DNA of 64,000 nucleotides from Lama glama (taxonomy: Eukaryota), in assembly GCA_028534125.1 (NCBI GenBank), contig CM052816.1, positions 19,098,001 to 19,162,000 on the forward strand, written 5' to 3'. Positions 40,098 through 52,060 of the stretch are shown here, in pieces. Each line of letters starts with the position of its first letter. Positions within the stretch are counted from its first letter, which is position 1. The notes beneath the pieces are model-generated. The model saw only the letters and a list, made by a program, of their open reading frames with translations. It did not search any database and had not been told where the DNA came from. The position numbers and the translations under genes are program-made.

Positions 40098-40513
40098 TTT
40101 TTTTAATTGAAGTATAGTTGATTTACAATGTTGTGTTAGTTTCTGGTGTACAGTATAGTGATTCAGTTATATATATCTCCTTTTTCATAGTTTAATCATA
40201 GGTTATTACAAGCTTTTGAACATAGTTCCCTGTGCTATACAGTAGGACCTTGTTTATTTTTTATAGTTAGTATCTGCAAATTCCAAACTCCTGATTTATC
40301 CCTCCCCACCTTCCCCTTTGGTAACCATAAGTTTGTTTTGTATGTCTGTGAGCCTCTTTCTGTTTGTACATAAGTTTATTTGTGTAATTTTTTTTAGATT
40401 CCACATATGAATGTTAATGTACTTGCATTTCTCTTTCTGACTGACTTCACTTAGTATGATTATCTCTAAGTCCATCCATAGTTCATTCTTTTTTTGGTTG
40501 AGTAGTAGTCATT

Positions 40514-40561
<48 letters not shown>

Positions 40562-40600
40562 GAGCCCCCATTTTTATCCATCCAGTCATCTGTTGATGGA
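40098..40600 (-). mobile_element. 5'-truncated L1 3' end fragment
   Basis: TTGAAGTATAGTTGATTTACAATGTTGTGTTAGTTTCTGGTGTACAG 3' end; flanked by CTTGTTCTT at 40087-40095 and 40601-40609 (TSD). Confidence 0.9.
40513..40561. repeat. compound (TA)n(CA)n microsatellite within the L1 fragment
   Basis: Direct reading of the sequence. Confidence 0.95.
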
Positions 40601-41616
40601 CTTGTTCTTAAGATTTTAGAAAATGTTTTTTAAAGTATAAAGGCAATAATAAGACATATATCCCGGTTCCACTTATCCCAGTTTCCAACAGATGATCACT
40701 GTTAGCATGTTTCTTTCCAGTCTTTTTCATGCATAGTTTAGCAGTTACTTCTTAAGTGGACAGACAGGTAGATGAAGCCTTCCAATCTCAGGTTTCCTGT
40801 AGGTCAGTACTACAGCCCAGAGTTTTCAAGCCAGTCAGCCAGCAGAGTCAAGATTGAAAATCAGACCTATGACTGTGGGTTCAGAGCTGTTGCTACTGCA
40901 TTGTGAGACACTTCCCCCACATCACTCTTCTCCAGGGTCTACTAGTGACACAACCTTAACAACCCATACCTCTTTAACAGCACAGAAGGTGTTCTTCATA
41001 AATGAGGACACACTTGATCAAAAAAGTGTGGGTATCTTACTGCAGCAGTGGGTGGAGACTGGAGCGTGCTCCTGTAGAAGTCTAGCAGGCCGCACTGACC
41101 AAACCCACTGGTTCCAGAACTCCCTTGTTTACGTTGCAACTCTGGGGACAGGACTCCTGGAATGTGCTCTGGGAGACGTGGGCTGGCCTGTTACATTTCC
41201 TGGTGGAGTGTGCCTTTGGGTCTGGGTCTGACAAAGGGTAGAGACTGAGAACCAAGCCTGGAAAGGCAGGTTAGCTATGGAGATCTGTGGCTGGGGAAAG
41301 GCTCCTCTTCTAGGAAGAAAAAATAGTTCCATCCTAAAAACACAGATCAGTTAGGCAGAAAGATAGGGCAGCAGACAGCTATTTGAGTTACTTTCCCAAA
41401 CAGGTTTCCTCTGAACTGTGTCTGAGAGATTTGTAGATAAATCATCATTAAATGCACATGAATCCACTTGAGGAAAAGGGGGGTTGGAGACCCCAAAAGG
41501 CAATTAATATGACGCTACAAACATTGACACATTCAGCCAAGTAAGATAGTTCAGGCCCTGCCTTCTGGGAGGTGAGGGAGAGGATTTACGCTGACCTTGA
41601 TTAAAATTCCTGGTAG

Positions 41617-42054
<438 letters not shown>

Positions 42055-45000
42055 TAAGGGTGCATGGCTTGTCCCCATGTCACGTAGGGGTGTATTTGAG
42101 TATTTAGCCCATTCTTGCCGAGCTCTGCGCTCAAGGTCAGCTGAGGCTGCTTTCAGGCACTTGCCTTCCTGCTTGCAGGGAGACTGGAGGGGGGAAGTCA
42201 GGAAGGACACAAACACTGAGTAGTTGTGAGGGACAGCTGAAGGGATGTAGGGGGCAGGAGGCTTGAGGACAGTATAAAACTTCGGTTGTGAAAGCCCATG
42301 TCAGGTCACAGAAGGTGATCTCAGAGGGTGACTTTGAAGGACATTAAGACAGAGGTCGGTAGGGAGGGGTGAACGCAGGGACCCTGACTGGGCGAGCCCC
42401 CCGCCCCCACCAGGATCCAGCCTGGAGCTGTGCTGCTGTCCTGTCCCAAGACTGCAGCATTCCTGGGAGGAGCCCCTGCCCCTTACCTCTGTGCTTGCGA
42501 GGCTTTGACCTCCCCAGAACCTGCTTGCTCACCTCTGTCTCACTGCCCTGCTAGTGAGGTGGAACTGAAGGGGCAGATACATGAGAGTGGAACAGGACTG
42601 GCTCTCCCCCACCTCCCACCCTGTGCACCCCCAGATGCCAGCAGATACCCCCTCAGGTCCCTGCCTGTCAGAGCAGCACTGTGCTCAGGGTCAGGCCTGG
42701 CTAACTAGCTAAGTGCTGGCACATACATTAACCCCTACTCTGAGTCCAGCCCCCACGTAGTCTGTAAGCTGGACATGATCGTCCCCCCATGCAACATCTC
42801 AGGGCCACTCTGGAGATGAAAGGAGCTCTCTGCAGGGAGTCTGCTTTGAAAACTATAAAGCTACAGAGGCTATCTCGGACACTGCCCGTCACATCTCCAA
42901 GGTCCTCCCTGCCAAGGGTCTGAGCCGCAGGCCTCTGGACAGCTCACCATCTGGCCAGGGGAAACTGGCCTTCAGAGCTGCCTCAGCCCAGAGCTCTGGG
43001 TCAGCAGGTGGCTGTTGGGGAGCCTTGCTGGGTCTCTGCCATCAGTCCCTCCCAGGCCCCAAGGAAGGTGGGCTGTGCAGAGGCAGCACAAGTTCCCAGC
43101 ACACTGACGTCCGTGACACGGCAGGCTGCACTGTCGCCCTGGGCGAGCCTGAGTCACAGCTCTCAGAACTATTCCTTGTATGTACAGAAAGTGGCTCTTT
43201 TCAAAGCACTTCCCTTCCAAACCCATGAGGAGGAAGGAGAATGGATTTTGCTGTTTTCATCTTGGACAGGCTTTGTAATGCTGCCTCCCTAAACAATACC
43301 ATCACTGAGGGTCGCACAATCAAGTTGCCGGAGCTGGCCTTGGGCGGGCTCCCTGTCACACTGTCCTGGGATGTCTGTTCAAGAGCCCTTTAGACGCTGT
43401 ACCAAGAAGGCCTTGCCTACAGGCAGACAGGCACCGTGCCCCAGGGTTCTCTGTGACAGCAGTCACACATGACTGGCAGGACCCAGCAGAGGACTGAATA
43501 TGGGGAAAACAGAGGGGGAAGACTCCTCTGGAGCCTCTATCAAGGGCAGAATGAGCATTCCCCCATATCCCTCCTGGATGTGAGCTGTGGTGGCCTCACC
43601 TCACCTCACAGTGCTGAGCAGCTGAGTCCTCCTGTACTGGGGCTCCTTTGAGTGAGGGCCCCTCAGTCCTCTGCGCGGTGAGTGTGCCCTCTTCTCAGGC
43701 GTACTTGCAGGAAGAAGCTGGAGTAGCATATCAGCTGTGTCACAGAGGTGAGTGTGGGGAGGGACCCTAAGCAGGGGACAAGTGCAAGCTCATGCCACCT
43801 TGCCTCGTGCATCCCCACACTTACTCTGCCCTCTCATGCTTTGAGCACTTCACCCCCAAACGTCTGCAGGGACGTGCAGAGCTGACGCAATCTCATACGT
43901 ACATGTTGTTTTGGATTGCCGTCCACTTTTGCAGTCACTGCAGTCACTCTTGTGTCAAGAGCGTACGTTGAATGTCATTTAAAAAGTGAACACCATTTCA
44001 ATGCATATTGAAAGAAAAGCTGACAGAGCTAGAGCGTCTTAAAAGTCCTTTCAGTTCGCTCTAAGATTACCTGGCCAAGACAAGCATTCTTCATAAGGTA
44101 ATCAGCAAGCACCCGGCAGGTGGAACTTTCCCAGGAACTGTGGAGAGATGTGTTATAGGTGTCTCAGTCCCAGAGTCAGTTCAAGACCTTTTTCTTTCTT
44201 TCACGAAGTGCTTTTGAATCTGAGCAGAATTCGCCTACTTCCTGGCTCTTCCCACTTTGCCATCCCCCAGTCTCCCATAGAAGTTCTATTTGGTGCTACA
44301 CTGCTGTGTGACCTTTGATAAATGAATCACCCTCTCTGTTCCGCCTTATCAGCTAGTCAGGCTTTGGGACTGCCCTTACTCGCAGACGGTTCTGGGGCTC
44401 AGTTAATTAGTATTTCGGATGCACTTTGATCTACTCTGATGAAAGTTGCTTCCGAGGAGAGAAGCAATAGGAGCCTTTATTGGAGGTAATAATTTCACAC
44501 TCTTTCATATAACTATTGGGGAATTTTTAATTGAAGCATAAAAGTAATTCCCATAAAAGAGCATCTGTTATTACAAACTTATTTACATTTTTCACAGAGT
44601 AGAAAGTTTTAAAAAATAATCAGTTGAAAGCTTTTAAGAGGGTGGAATGCCAAAGACCAGCACATGTGCACAGCTGCCCAGCCCCACATCTGTCAGGCAG
44701 ACTTGGCCCCACAGAGCCATGTAAACAGCTGCCCTCCCTTTCATGAGTACAGAATGGGATTACAGCAGAGCCAGCCAGTAAATCACAGTGGGGTTTAGGA
44801 GGGGAAATAAAATAGCTTGTTTGTGGCATCCAGTGTCTCCAGCATAAAAGTCATGTTGGAATTAATATAGATGCAGACATGTTGGTAAAGAGTTGTGGGA
44901 TCACATTCTCTCAGCTTAGGCGCAGCGTCCCAGCGTGTGGAGGATGACCAGCCTGTTGGCCCCAGGGGCGAATTCTGTAGCCCTCTGGAAGCAGTGAGAC

Positions 45001-45229
45001 CCTGGGGTGTAACCCCAGCCTCTGGAAACCTCCTCTGGCATCTGGACGTCCTGTCCTTGGGCATCCTGCTCACAGTACTTACGGCATCCCCCTACTCCCT
45101 CGGCTGTTTGACATTAGGGGGCGACCCCTCTCCGGAGGGGCAGTACTTAGGGAATAGCTAGTTTGAGGCTTTGATTAACTTCTCCTTTGATTTATGAGCC
45201 TAAAAGGAAAGGCAGTTTGTTTTCCTCAA

Positions 45230-45440
45230 GCTACCACTTATGGGTATTCATTGACTCCCAGGCGCTGTGCTAAACCCTTTAAAACTCTTTTTATCTGCAG
45301 TATCTCAAAACAACCCTACCAGGTGAGTAACACTATTAATTCTACTCAAAGGCAAAGTAACAGAAGCTTAGAGGGGTTAAGTCACTCACCAGAGGTCACA
45401 CAGCATGTACGCGGTAGAGCCAGAATTTGCTTGGAGGTCC
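45230..45440 (-). mobile_element. MIR SINE
   Basis: CCAGGCGCTGTGCTAAAC...GAGGGGTTAAGTCACTCACCAGAGGTCACACAGC. Confidence 0.75.
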
Positions 45441-46536
45441 TTGGCTTCGGTGCTCACGATATGACGTACGTGGAACCCCTGCCCCCTTGGGGTCAACAGA
45501 CCTACCTCCTCACATCCCACTGGAAGATCACCCCCCCTGCCTGTGCACTATGTGCATGGATTTTAGGGAACCTTGGAAACACTACTTGAAACTGACCAGC
45601 CCAGGCATAGCCATCAGCCTCCCTATCCCCTAGGTATGGACCTTAGAAGAGAAGTATCAAGGAGAGAAACAAAGTGAACTGGGGAGAATTACTTATTAAC
45701 CCCCAAACATGTGCACCTTGGAGTGAGAGAAGGTAAGAGACCTCTCGAGTTGTGCTGCCCGGGCCTCTAGCATTGGAGGGCAGAGCCCTCAGAGGGGGCA
45801 GTGGACCCACCACCACCCCCTTCTGAATTTTAGCTTCTCCCTCATGTGGCCACTGCTTTCAGCTCAGGAGCCTGATGGCCTGGTCTTCACCTCTGGGTAG
45901 AGCAGGGTCTGGCTGGGCAGTTACACAATGGCCTAGGAGCAGTGGGAGGGAGCCTGACCCCAGCAGTAGAGGGTCCACGTTGGGTGACAGGCATTTTGCC
46001 CGAGTCACCAAAGCTGCCAAGACATCCTGCCCTATCCATTTTCTAAACAGCCAAGACAGCCTGGCTCCACAAGAAAACGGGGGTCCAGCTAGCATCCACA
46101 CTTACCCCTACTCAGCCTTCAGAGTCAGGCCCCCAGTCTGTCTCCTCCAGAAGATCCACTTGGGCCTTCCAACCAGAGGACGCAGCCTCTCCCCAGAGGA
46201 CTGTCGGGTGCCTGCCTTGCCCAGACCTGGAGGGTGAGCTCACTGGGAGCAGGGAAGCCTGGTGATGCCCCACACAGGAAGGAACTGAAACTTCTTCTGT
46301 GCTTTGGTCCTGGGACCCCAGATCTCTGCCATCCAGAGTGACTTCATGGGAAGCTTAGACATCTCCTTAGTCTCCTAAAGAGACCCATCTCTTGAGGGGG
46401 AAGCAGCACCTGCATCACCATGTGGTACCTGTTTGCCAGTGGAGGAAACTAATGCTTAGAGAGGTTAATGTCCCTGCTGGGGGACAACTAGGATTCAAAA
46501 TGGAATCTGACTGTGTAGGCACACACAGTATGGCAG

Positions 46537-46586
46537 TAGGACAGAATGACTGAGATGGTGATAGGACAGAATGACTGAGATGGTGA
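46537..46586. repeat. perfect 25-bp tandem duplication
   Basis: TAGGACAGAATGACTGAGATGGTGA at 46537-46561 and 46562-46586. Confidence 0.97.
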
Positions 46587-48713
46587 AGAAGGCACAAAGC
46601 CCTGGGGATTCCCATTACATAGCCCCAGCTGCGCCCCAGCATACCAGGACTTATGGACCACCTGCAAACGTCCTCTACTACCTCCTGAAGCTTTCCTCCC
46701 CTCTAGTTGTACCAAGGAATAAACATTTGCTCTTTGTGAGATGCTTGAAATCAGCCCTTATTTCACTGACCCCGTGCCTGCCTACTCTCCACCAAAGCTG
46801 GCCTACTCCCTCTCTCAGAAGTCAGGCTGAGGGGAGGGAGGGTAGCCCTCAAAACAGAAGAGTTACTTCTTCCAGAGCTTCCAGCACGTGTCTTGTTCTG
46901 GACAGCCTATCCTGCATGCTCCTTGACTCCTGCAAAGAGTCCAGGTGTTGTGAGAACAGCTGCTTCCCAGACTGAGCCTGCAGGCCTAGGGTGGGGATGG
47001 GTGCAAAGGGTGTGGCCCACCATGGGGGGTGGTCCCCACTCCTCCCCTTCTTCCTGCACTGCCCCCACCACCTCCATCCCCACCTTCCCGTTGGTTGCCC
47101 CAACTCTGCTGGTGGATAGAGCTCCCAGGGTCCCCTTAGGAGGAAGCCTCCTGTCTGGTAGCACTGTCCTGCCTGTGACACCTCTGACCAGGATCTGGTC
47201 CTCAGTCTCGTGTGCCTCCTGCCTGGCAGGAGTGCCACCTGTATGCGAGGGCACCTGACTCTGGCTTCTACCCTATTACTGACCGCGGCCCCTCTGCAAG
47301 GCTAGGTACACACTCTGGGGAAACAGCCCTTGTCTTCTAAGAACAAACTTCACTTCTAAAGCATACAGGAGTTACTAGGGGTCCACCAAGCTGAGAGAAG
47401 CCCAAAAGCAAGTTGCAAGAATGGTTTTCTCCCTGGCTCTGAAAGCCTCTGAGTGCTGACAGTAGAGGGAGTGGGACTTTCCAAGAGAAGCGGCTGAGGT
47501 GGCTCACTGCTGGCTGCACTCAGTGAGCCTAGGCGTGTTCTCAGAAATCCTGCACCAGACACACTTAAAAGCCTCTCACCTGGCAGGTGCCCCATCTGAA
47601 GGAGAGTCCTGACCGAAACTGGCAGGTTGGCCCGGCACTTCGGACACCAGCGGACCCACAGGCTCTGGGCAGATTGAAGACTGTAGATAATGCTGAAGAA
47701 GAAGGAAAAAAAAAAAAAAAACGCATGGACACTGGCCTCTCACTCAGTATCTTGAACTGTTAACTGGGGTCAGTAGGGATTTGAATGCAGGGCCACTGAC
47801 TCCAAAGCCCACGCAATTGTCCCCATTCTAGGCAAGTTGCCAAGTTCCTGCCGCTGTCATCCTGGGTCACCTGGCTCCTGCACCTGCAGTGTGGACCAGG
47901 AACGGCCTGGGCATGCACGCAGCAAGGAGTGTCAATCTTCCTAGTCCTGAGTTCAGATGCTTGCCTGAGTTCTAGGCCCCTGCCTCCGAGGTTGCCACGT
48001 GACACTGACTTTAAATGGAAATGTATGTAAGTTCACACCGATTTGGCCTGGAGACTTGGATGCCGTCCCTTGAGATGAAGAGCCTTCTTGGCCCAGAGTT
48101 CTTCCCTACACGCAGCTCCCTGACTCCCAGGCCTGCAGGGTGGTCCAAGCTGGTGTGTGCTGGGTGGTGGATTTCTGGCACCCATGAAACCTAAAGGCCA
48201 GTGTGAAGGATGTAACCCTCTACTTGCAGGGCAGAGGTCCATGCTTCCTGGAGAAGCTCCAACCTCCAGCCATCTCTGAGGCCAAGACCGCTGGGGAGGC
48301 TTTGGGACCTGGGCTGTATGTGTCTCAAGCCCTGTGCTAGTCCCAGGGATCTTGGGAAAAGAAACGTGGGCGCTCACGCTGCCTGTAGGAGACTGCACAC
48401 ACCACACACAACACATGCCACAAAACACAGAGCCTGTCGACTTGCTGGCTGCCTCTCATTAAACTTCCTGTCATGCCCCCTTTCTCTGAGAGCATGTGGT
48501 ATGTTCTGCGGGTCACAGTTCTCTGCGCACTCATCCTTGCCCTGTCCGGGGGGCCCTGGGCTCTCTAATGCCTGTGTGTGAGCAGCCAAAGGTCCAAAAC
48601 GCTTGTGGACACTGGCCCACAAGAGGCTACCACTGCACAGAGGTCCCCGAGGGGCTCCTGGAGGGAGGGGGCGTCGGGGAGGCTGGGCCCCGGGACAGCC
48701 ATGGCCTCCCTAG

Positions 48714-48908
<195 letters not shown>

Positions 48909-49510
48909 GCTGAGGAACTGCAGAACCCGCCCACACCGTGCCCCCGCCTCCAATCTGAAAGAAAAGAAAAACAGTCCGCTCCACTCCTACTGGGAGGCGG
49001 GAACCCTTTCGTTTTCGGGTTTGCTCATCTAGGGAAAGAAAGGTTTTGGTTTCCAGTTTAATTGTTTTCGGCCTTCTGAAATGGTTTTACGTTAGCACTG
49101 ATAGTTGCCATTACTGTTGTTAAGCACTGTGTTCCAGACCGCGTCTGACTTTAGCGTAAGCTAGGAGATTTCATAGTTTTATTTTAACGAAACCTGCTTG
49201 ACGCAGAGCAGTGGGGAGAGCAGTGTCCTCTACGTGGGGCAGAGTCCGGGAAAAGTCCCAGTTGGTAGCCGTGTGTCGTGGTGCTTTTATCGTACACCCA
49301 GTGGCGTTCTTTTTACTACAATGTTCCTTTTTTTTCTCCTCAAGAAGAAAAATCATGAATTTGCAGCAAACTGAATTTCTGTTTACTTTTTGTCTTAATG
49401 ATGGATTTGAAAATGGAAGATTTAAAAGGCAGAACAGAATCTGTTGTCCTTAATTATATTTGCAATTTGGAATTTGTGTGAATTGATTCAGTAAAATGTT
49501 AAACTGTTGT
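48909..49510 (+). other. MACROH2A1: MACROH2A1 3' UTR (end approximate)
   Basis: Follows the stop codon, U-rich; ends at an AGTAAA hexamer followed by a GU-rich tract. Confidence 0.7.
49490..49495 (+). terminator. candidate non-canonical polyadenylation signal AGTAAA
   Basis: No AATAAA seen between the stop and here; downstream GU-rich CTGTTGTGACTTGTGTGTTT. Confidence 0.6.
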
Positions 49511-50659
49511 GACTTGTGTGTTTCCAGTTATTGTGCCCTTGAGCCCTGAGTTGGTTTCTCTCGTCACACGATGGGGGACACTGAATGGGGCAGCCCACTC
49601 CCAGGAAGCACCACAGCGGCCACTGCAGCCCAGGGTGGGGGGAACCTCTTCAGCCCCGGTGGCTTCGAAAGGGAGTTCATGGATAGGCTCTCCTTTCACC
49701 CTTGTGACACTTGGGCAAGGGTGTGGCCCCCGTTTCATGGATAAGGAAGCAGATGTACCAAAAACCGTGTGGGTGGCAAGTGGCAGGCTGGTACCCCAGC
49801 CCATATCTCCAGACTCTGAGCCCGGTCTCTCCTGATGATCCCAGAGCCCTTGGGCCACTTGCCAGATGGAGTTACAGAAGCCTTGAGCGTTCTGCTGGGA
49901 ATATGTTGGGTCTCCTGTCCTGACAGGATGGGTCACCATTGCCAGGAGCTTTCCAAGGGCAAGTTGCCACCACCAAGGCCCCCCCAGATAGGCTGGCAGC
50001 TTTTATTTGCATGCCTTCCCGAAGCCATGGGTGTTTAGGGATGATCCCAGCTGCACCAGCAGAGCTAAACTCTGGGTATCTAAACTCATTAGCAAAACAG
50101 ACACTATTTGCTTCAAAAGGTACTTTCACCTTTATCTAAATTTGCCTAAAACGCACAGAAGACTGCTTTTGTCTCTTTAAGAAGAAACATGCCAGATTCT
50201 AAAGCAGACTATACCCAGGAGGAAACAGCAGCACACTGTGCATCAGGGATGAACATAAAGGCTTGTTTCTCCTTTCCAAGCTGTGCCTAATGAAATCGAA
50301 ACAGAAGTCCTAAGCCACTACACTACTAACCTTTGCAGTGAAAAACCAACGACTTCTAATCATACCTGAAAGACTGAGCATCTCCTAAATGTAAGGTCTT
50401 ATTAAGATGCTTACATTTTCCACCCCCAAGATCTTCACCAGGTTTAGGTTACATATTCCTGCTTCTTGATGAGATTTTGGCAAAAAGAAAGTTTATCATT
50501 GTCTTTAAAAGAAGATGCATTTTAAAATGATAGCACTCCATAAATAATATCTGCGAACTGCCTTGGCAAACCATACTGCCATTCACCCAAGAGCAGTGCT
50601 GCTGCGGCAGGCGGGGTGACGAAAGTAAGCTGTGGCTATCGTGGGCTGGTGAGACATTA

Positions 50660-50840
50660 TTTACTGTGTGCCAGGCACTGCGTTTATTCTCTCATGGGCA
50701 TCATCTCATTCTGTCTGTGATAATCCTATAGGGCAGGTCCTTTCATTAGAGCCATTTTACAGCTGAGAACACTGAGGCTGGGAGAGACTGAGTAACTTGC
50801 TTGTGATCATGCTGCTAGTAAGTGACAACCAGATTGAGAC
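50660..50840 (-). mobile_element. MIR SINE
   Basis: TACTGTGTGCCAGGCACTG...CCATTTTACAGCTGAGAACACTGAGGC. Confidence 0.85.
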
Positions 50841-51039
50841 AGAGAAAGGCAGTGATAGGGCCCCTAATGGCACAATCTGATCAGCAACAAAGGGAGTCCA
50901 TTTGGCCTCGATGGCATGTCCAGCTTAGAAATTGACACACAGATGGAAACGAGGTTGAATGGCTTCTAGGTGAACCGCACTTCCTTCACTTTGGAGAAGG
51001 AACACCTTGGAAGCCAATCCTGTATTTAGCAGAGACCCT

Positions 51040-51053
51040 CCACTAGATGTCGC
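51040..51053 (+). promoter_or_regulatory. candidate CTCF binding site
   Basis: CCACTAGATGTCGC(TA) matches CCASYAGRKGGCRS with one mismatch; non-repetitive context. Confidence 0.65.
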
Positions 51054-51899
51054 TAAAAGGACTGGGAAGTAAAGTCAGGACAGGGCAGCCAGTTTCTGCA
51101 CTTCCTCGAGCCCGCACAAAAGAATGGACCGCATTCGTCAGGATTTGCGTGAATTATTTACCATAATCACCTAAATGTTTCTAAACTTGCAATAATCCAG
51201 AGTGTGTCGTGCCCTTGAGATGTGGGCTCACTGAAGAAATTCTTTTCAATGAAACCCAGGAAAAGAGAGCCATCCCCCAGCCTGGGATCCCCACCACCTC
51301 TAAAACTGCCCAGTTTTTTAAAATCTGGGATCAAACACTGTTCTCTGAGGTCAGCCTCATGTTTACAGGGGAAAAAGGAAACTTCATCACTTAAAAAAAA
51401 TGGTATAACTGCAAGGAACCACTTGAAATAGATACATCTGCAGGTAGTAAAATTTACCAAAATGACAAGTTTGCAGTTAGAAAAGTTTACCAAAAGTGAA
51501 ATTATTCTGTGAAAGGGGAGAAATGCAGGTCCTAGAGAAGCAGCAGCTGTCCCACCCTCGTTTCTGCTTCAAGCTGTGTCAGAGGCAAACACGCGGTGCG
51601 TGCTGTGGGGCAAAGCTGCTCACCCCACTGTCACACGGCCACCACGCCTGTGATGCAGCCTGTGACAGTGGCAGCCGCAGAAGACACCCCTTCTCGCTTA
51701 TTTCTGAGAAGCCATCCTTGCCCTCGGCAGCTGTGCTGAATAAACATGACGATCTCAGCGTGCCTCATGAACTCCTTTAAAGAACATCTGAGCTCTAACA
51801 CAGGCACTGTATTGTGCCATGGCTCCAACGGGGACTGCACAGACAGTAATAACCACTGTATGTGTGTGCGCACGCACGTGTGCACTGGTCCCCCCTACA

Positions 51900-52060
51900 T
51901 CCATCATTTCATCTACTTCTCATGGTAACCTTATGAGGTCGGTCATATTATTGTATTTTACAGATGAGAAAAGTACAACAGAGAGGTGAAGTGCATTTCT
52001 CAAGGTCACACAGCTGTCAGTGGTGGAGCTGGGGTTTGAACCCAGCTATCTGACTCTACG
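51900..52060 (-). mobile_element. MIR SINE
   Basis: ATTTTACAGATGAGAAAA...AAGGTCACACAGCT...GGAGCTGGGGTTTGAACCCAG. Confidence 0.85.

Noticed and set aside
45786..45802. CTCF-like AGAGGGGGCAG (similar partial matches near 52545 and 62610)
   Set aside because: 5' half of the core has several mismatches; frequent by chance in GC-rich DNA
51439..51500. Imperfect ~33-bp tandem repeat (TGCAG.TAG.AAA.TTTACCAAAA); also a 10-bp duplication at 38571-38590
   Set aside because: Only two copies and no spacer structure; ordinary slippage duplications, not an array
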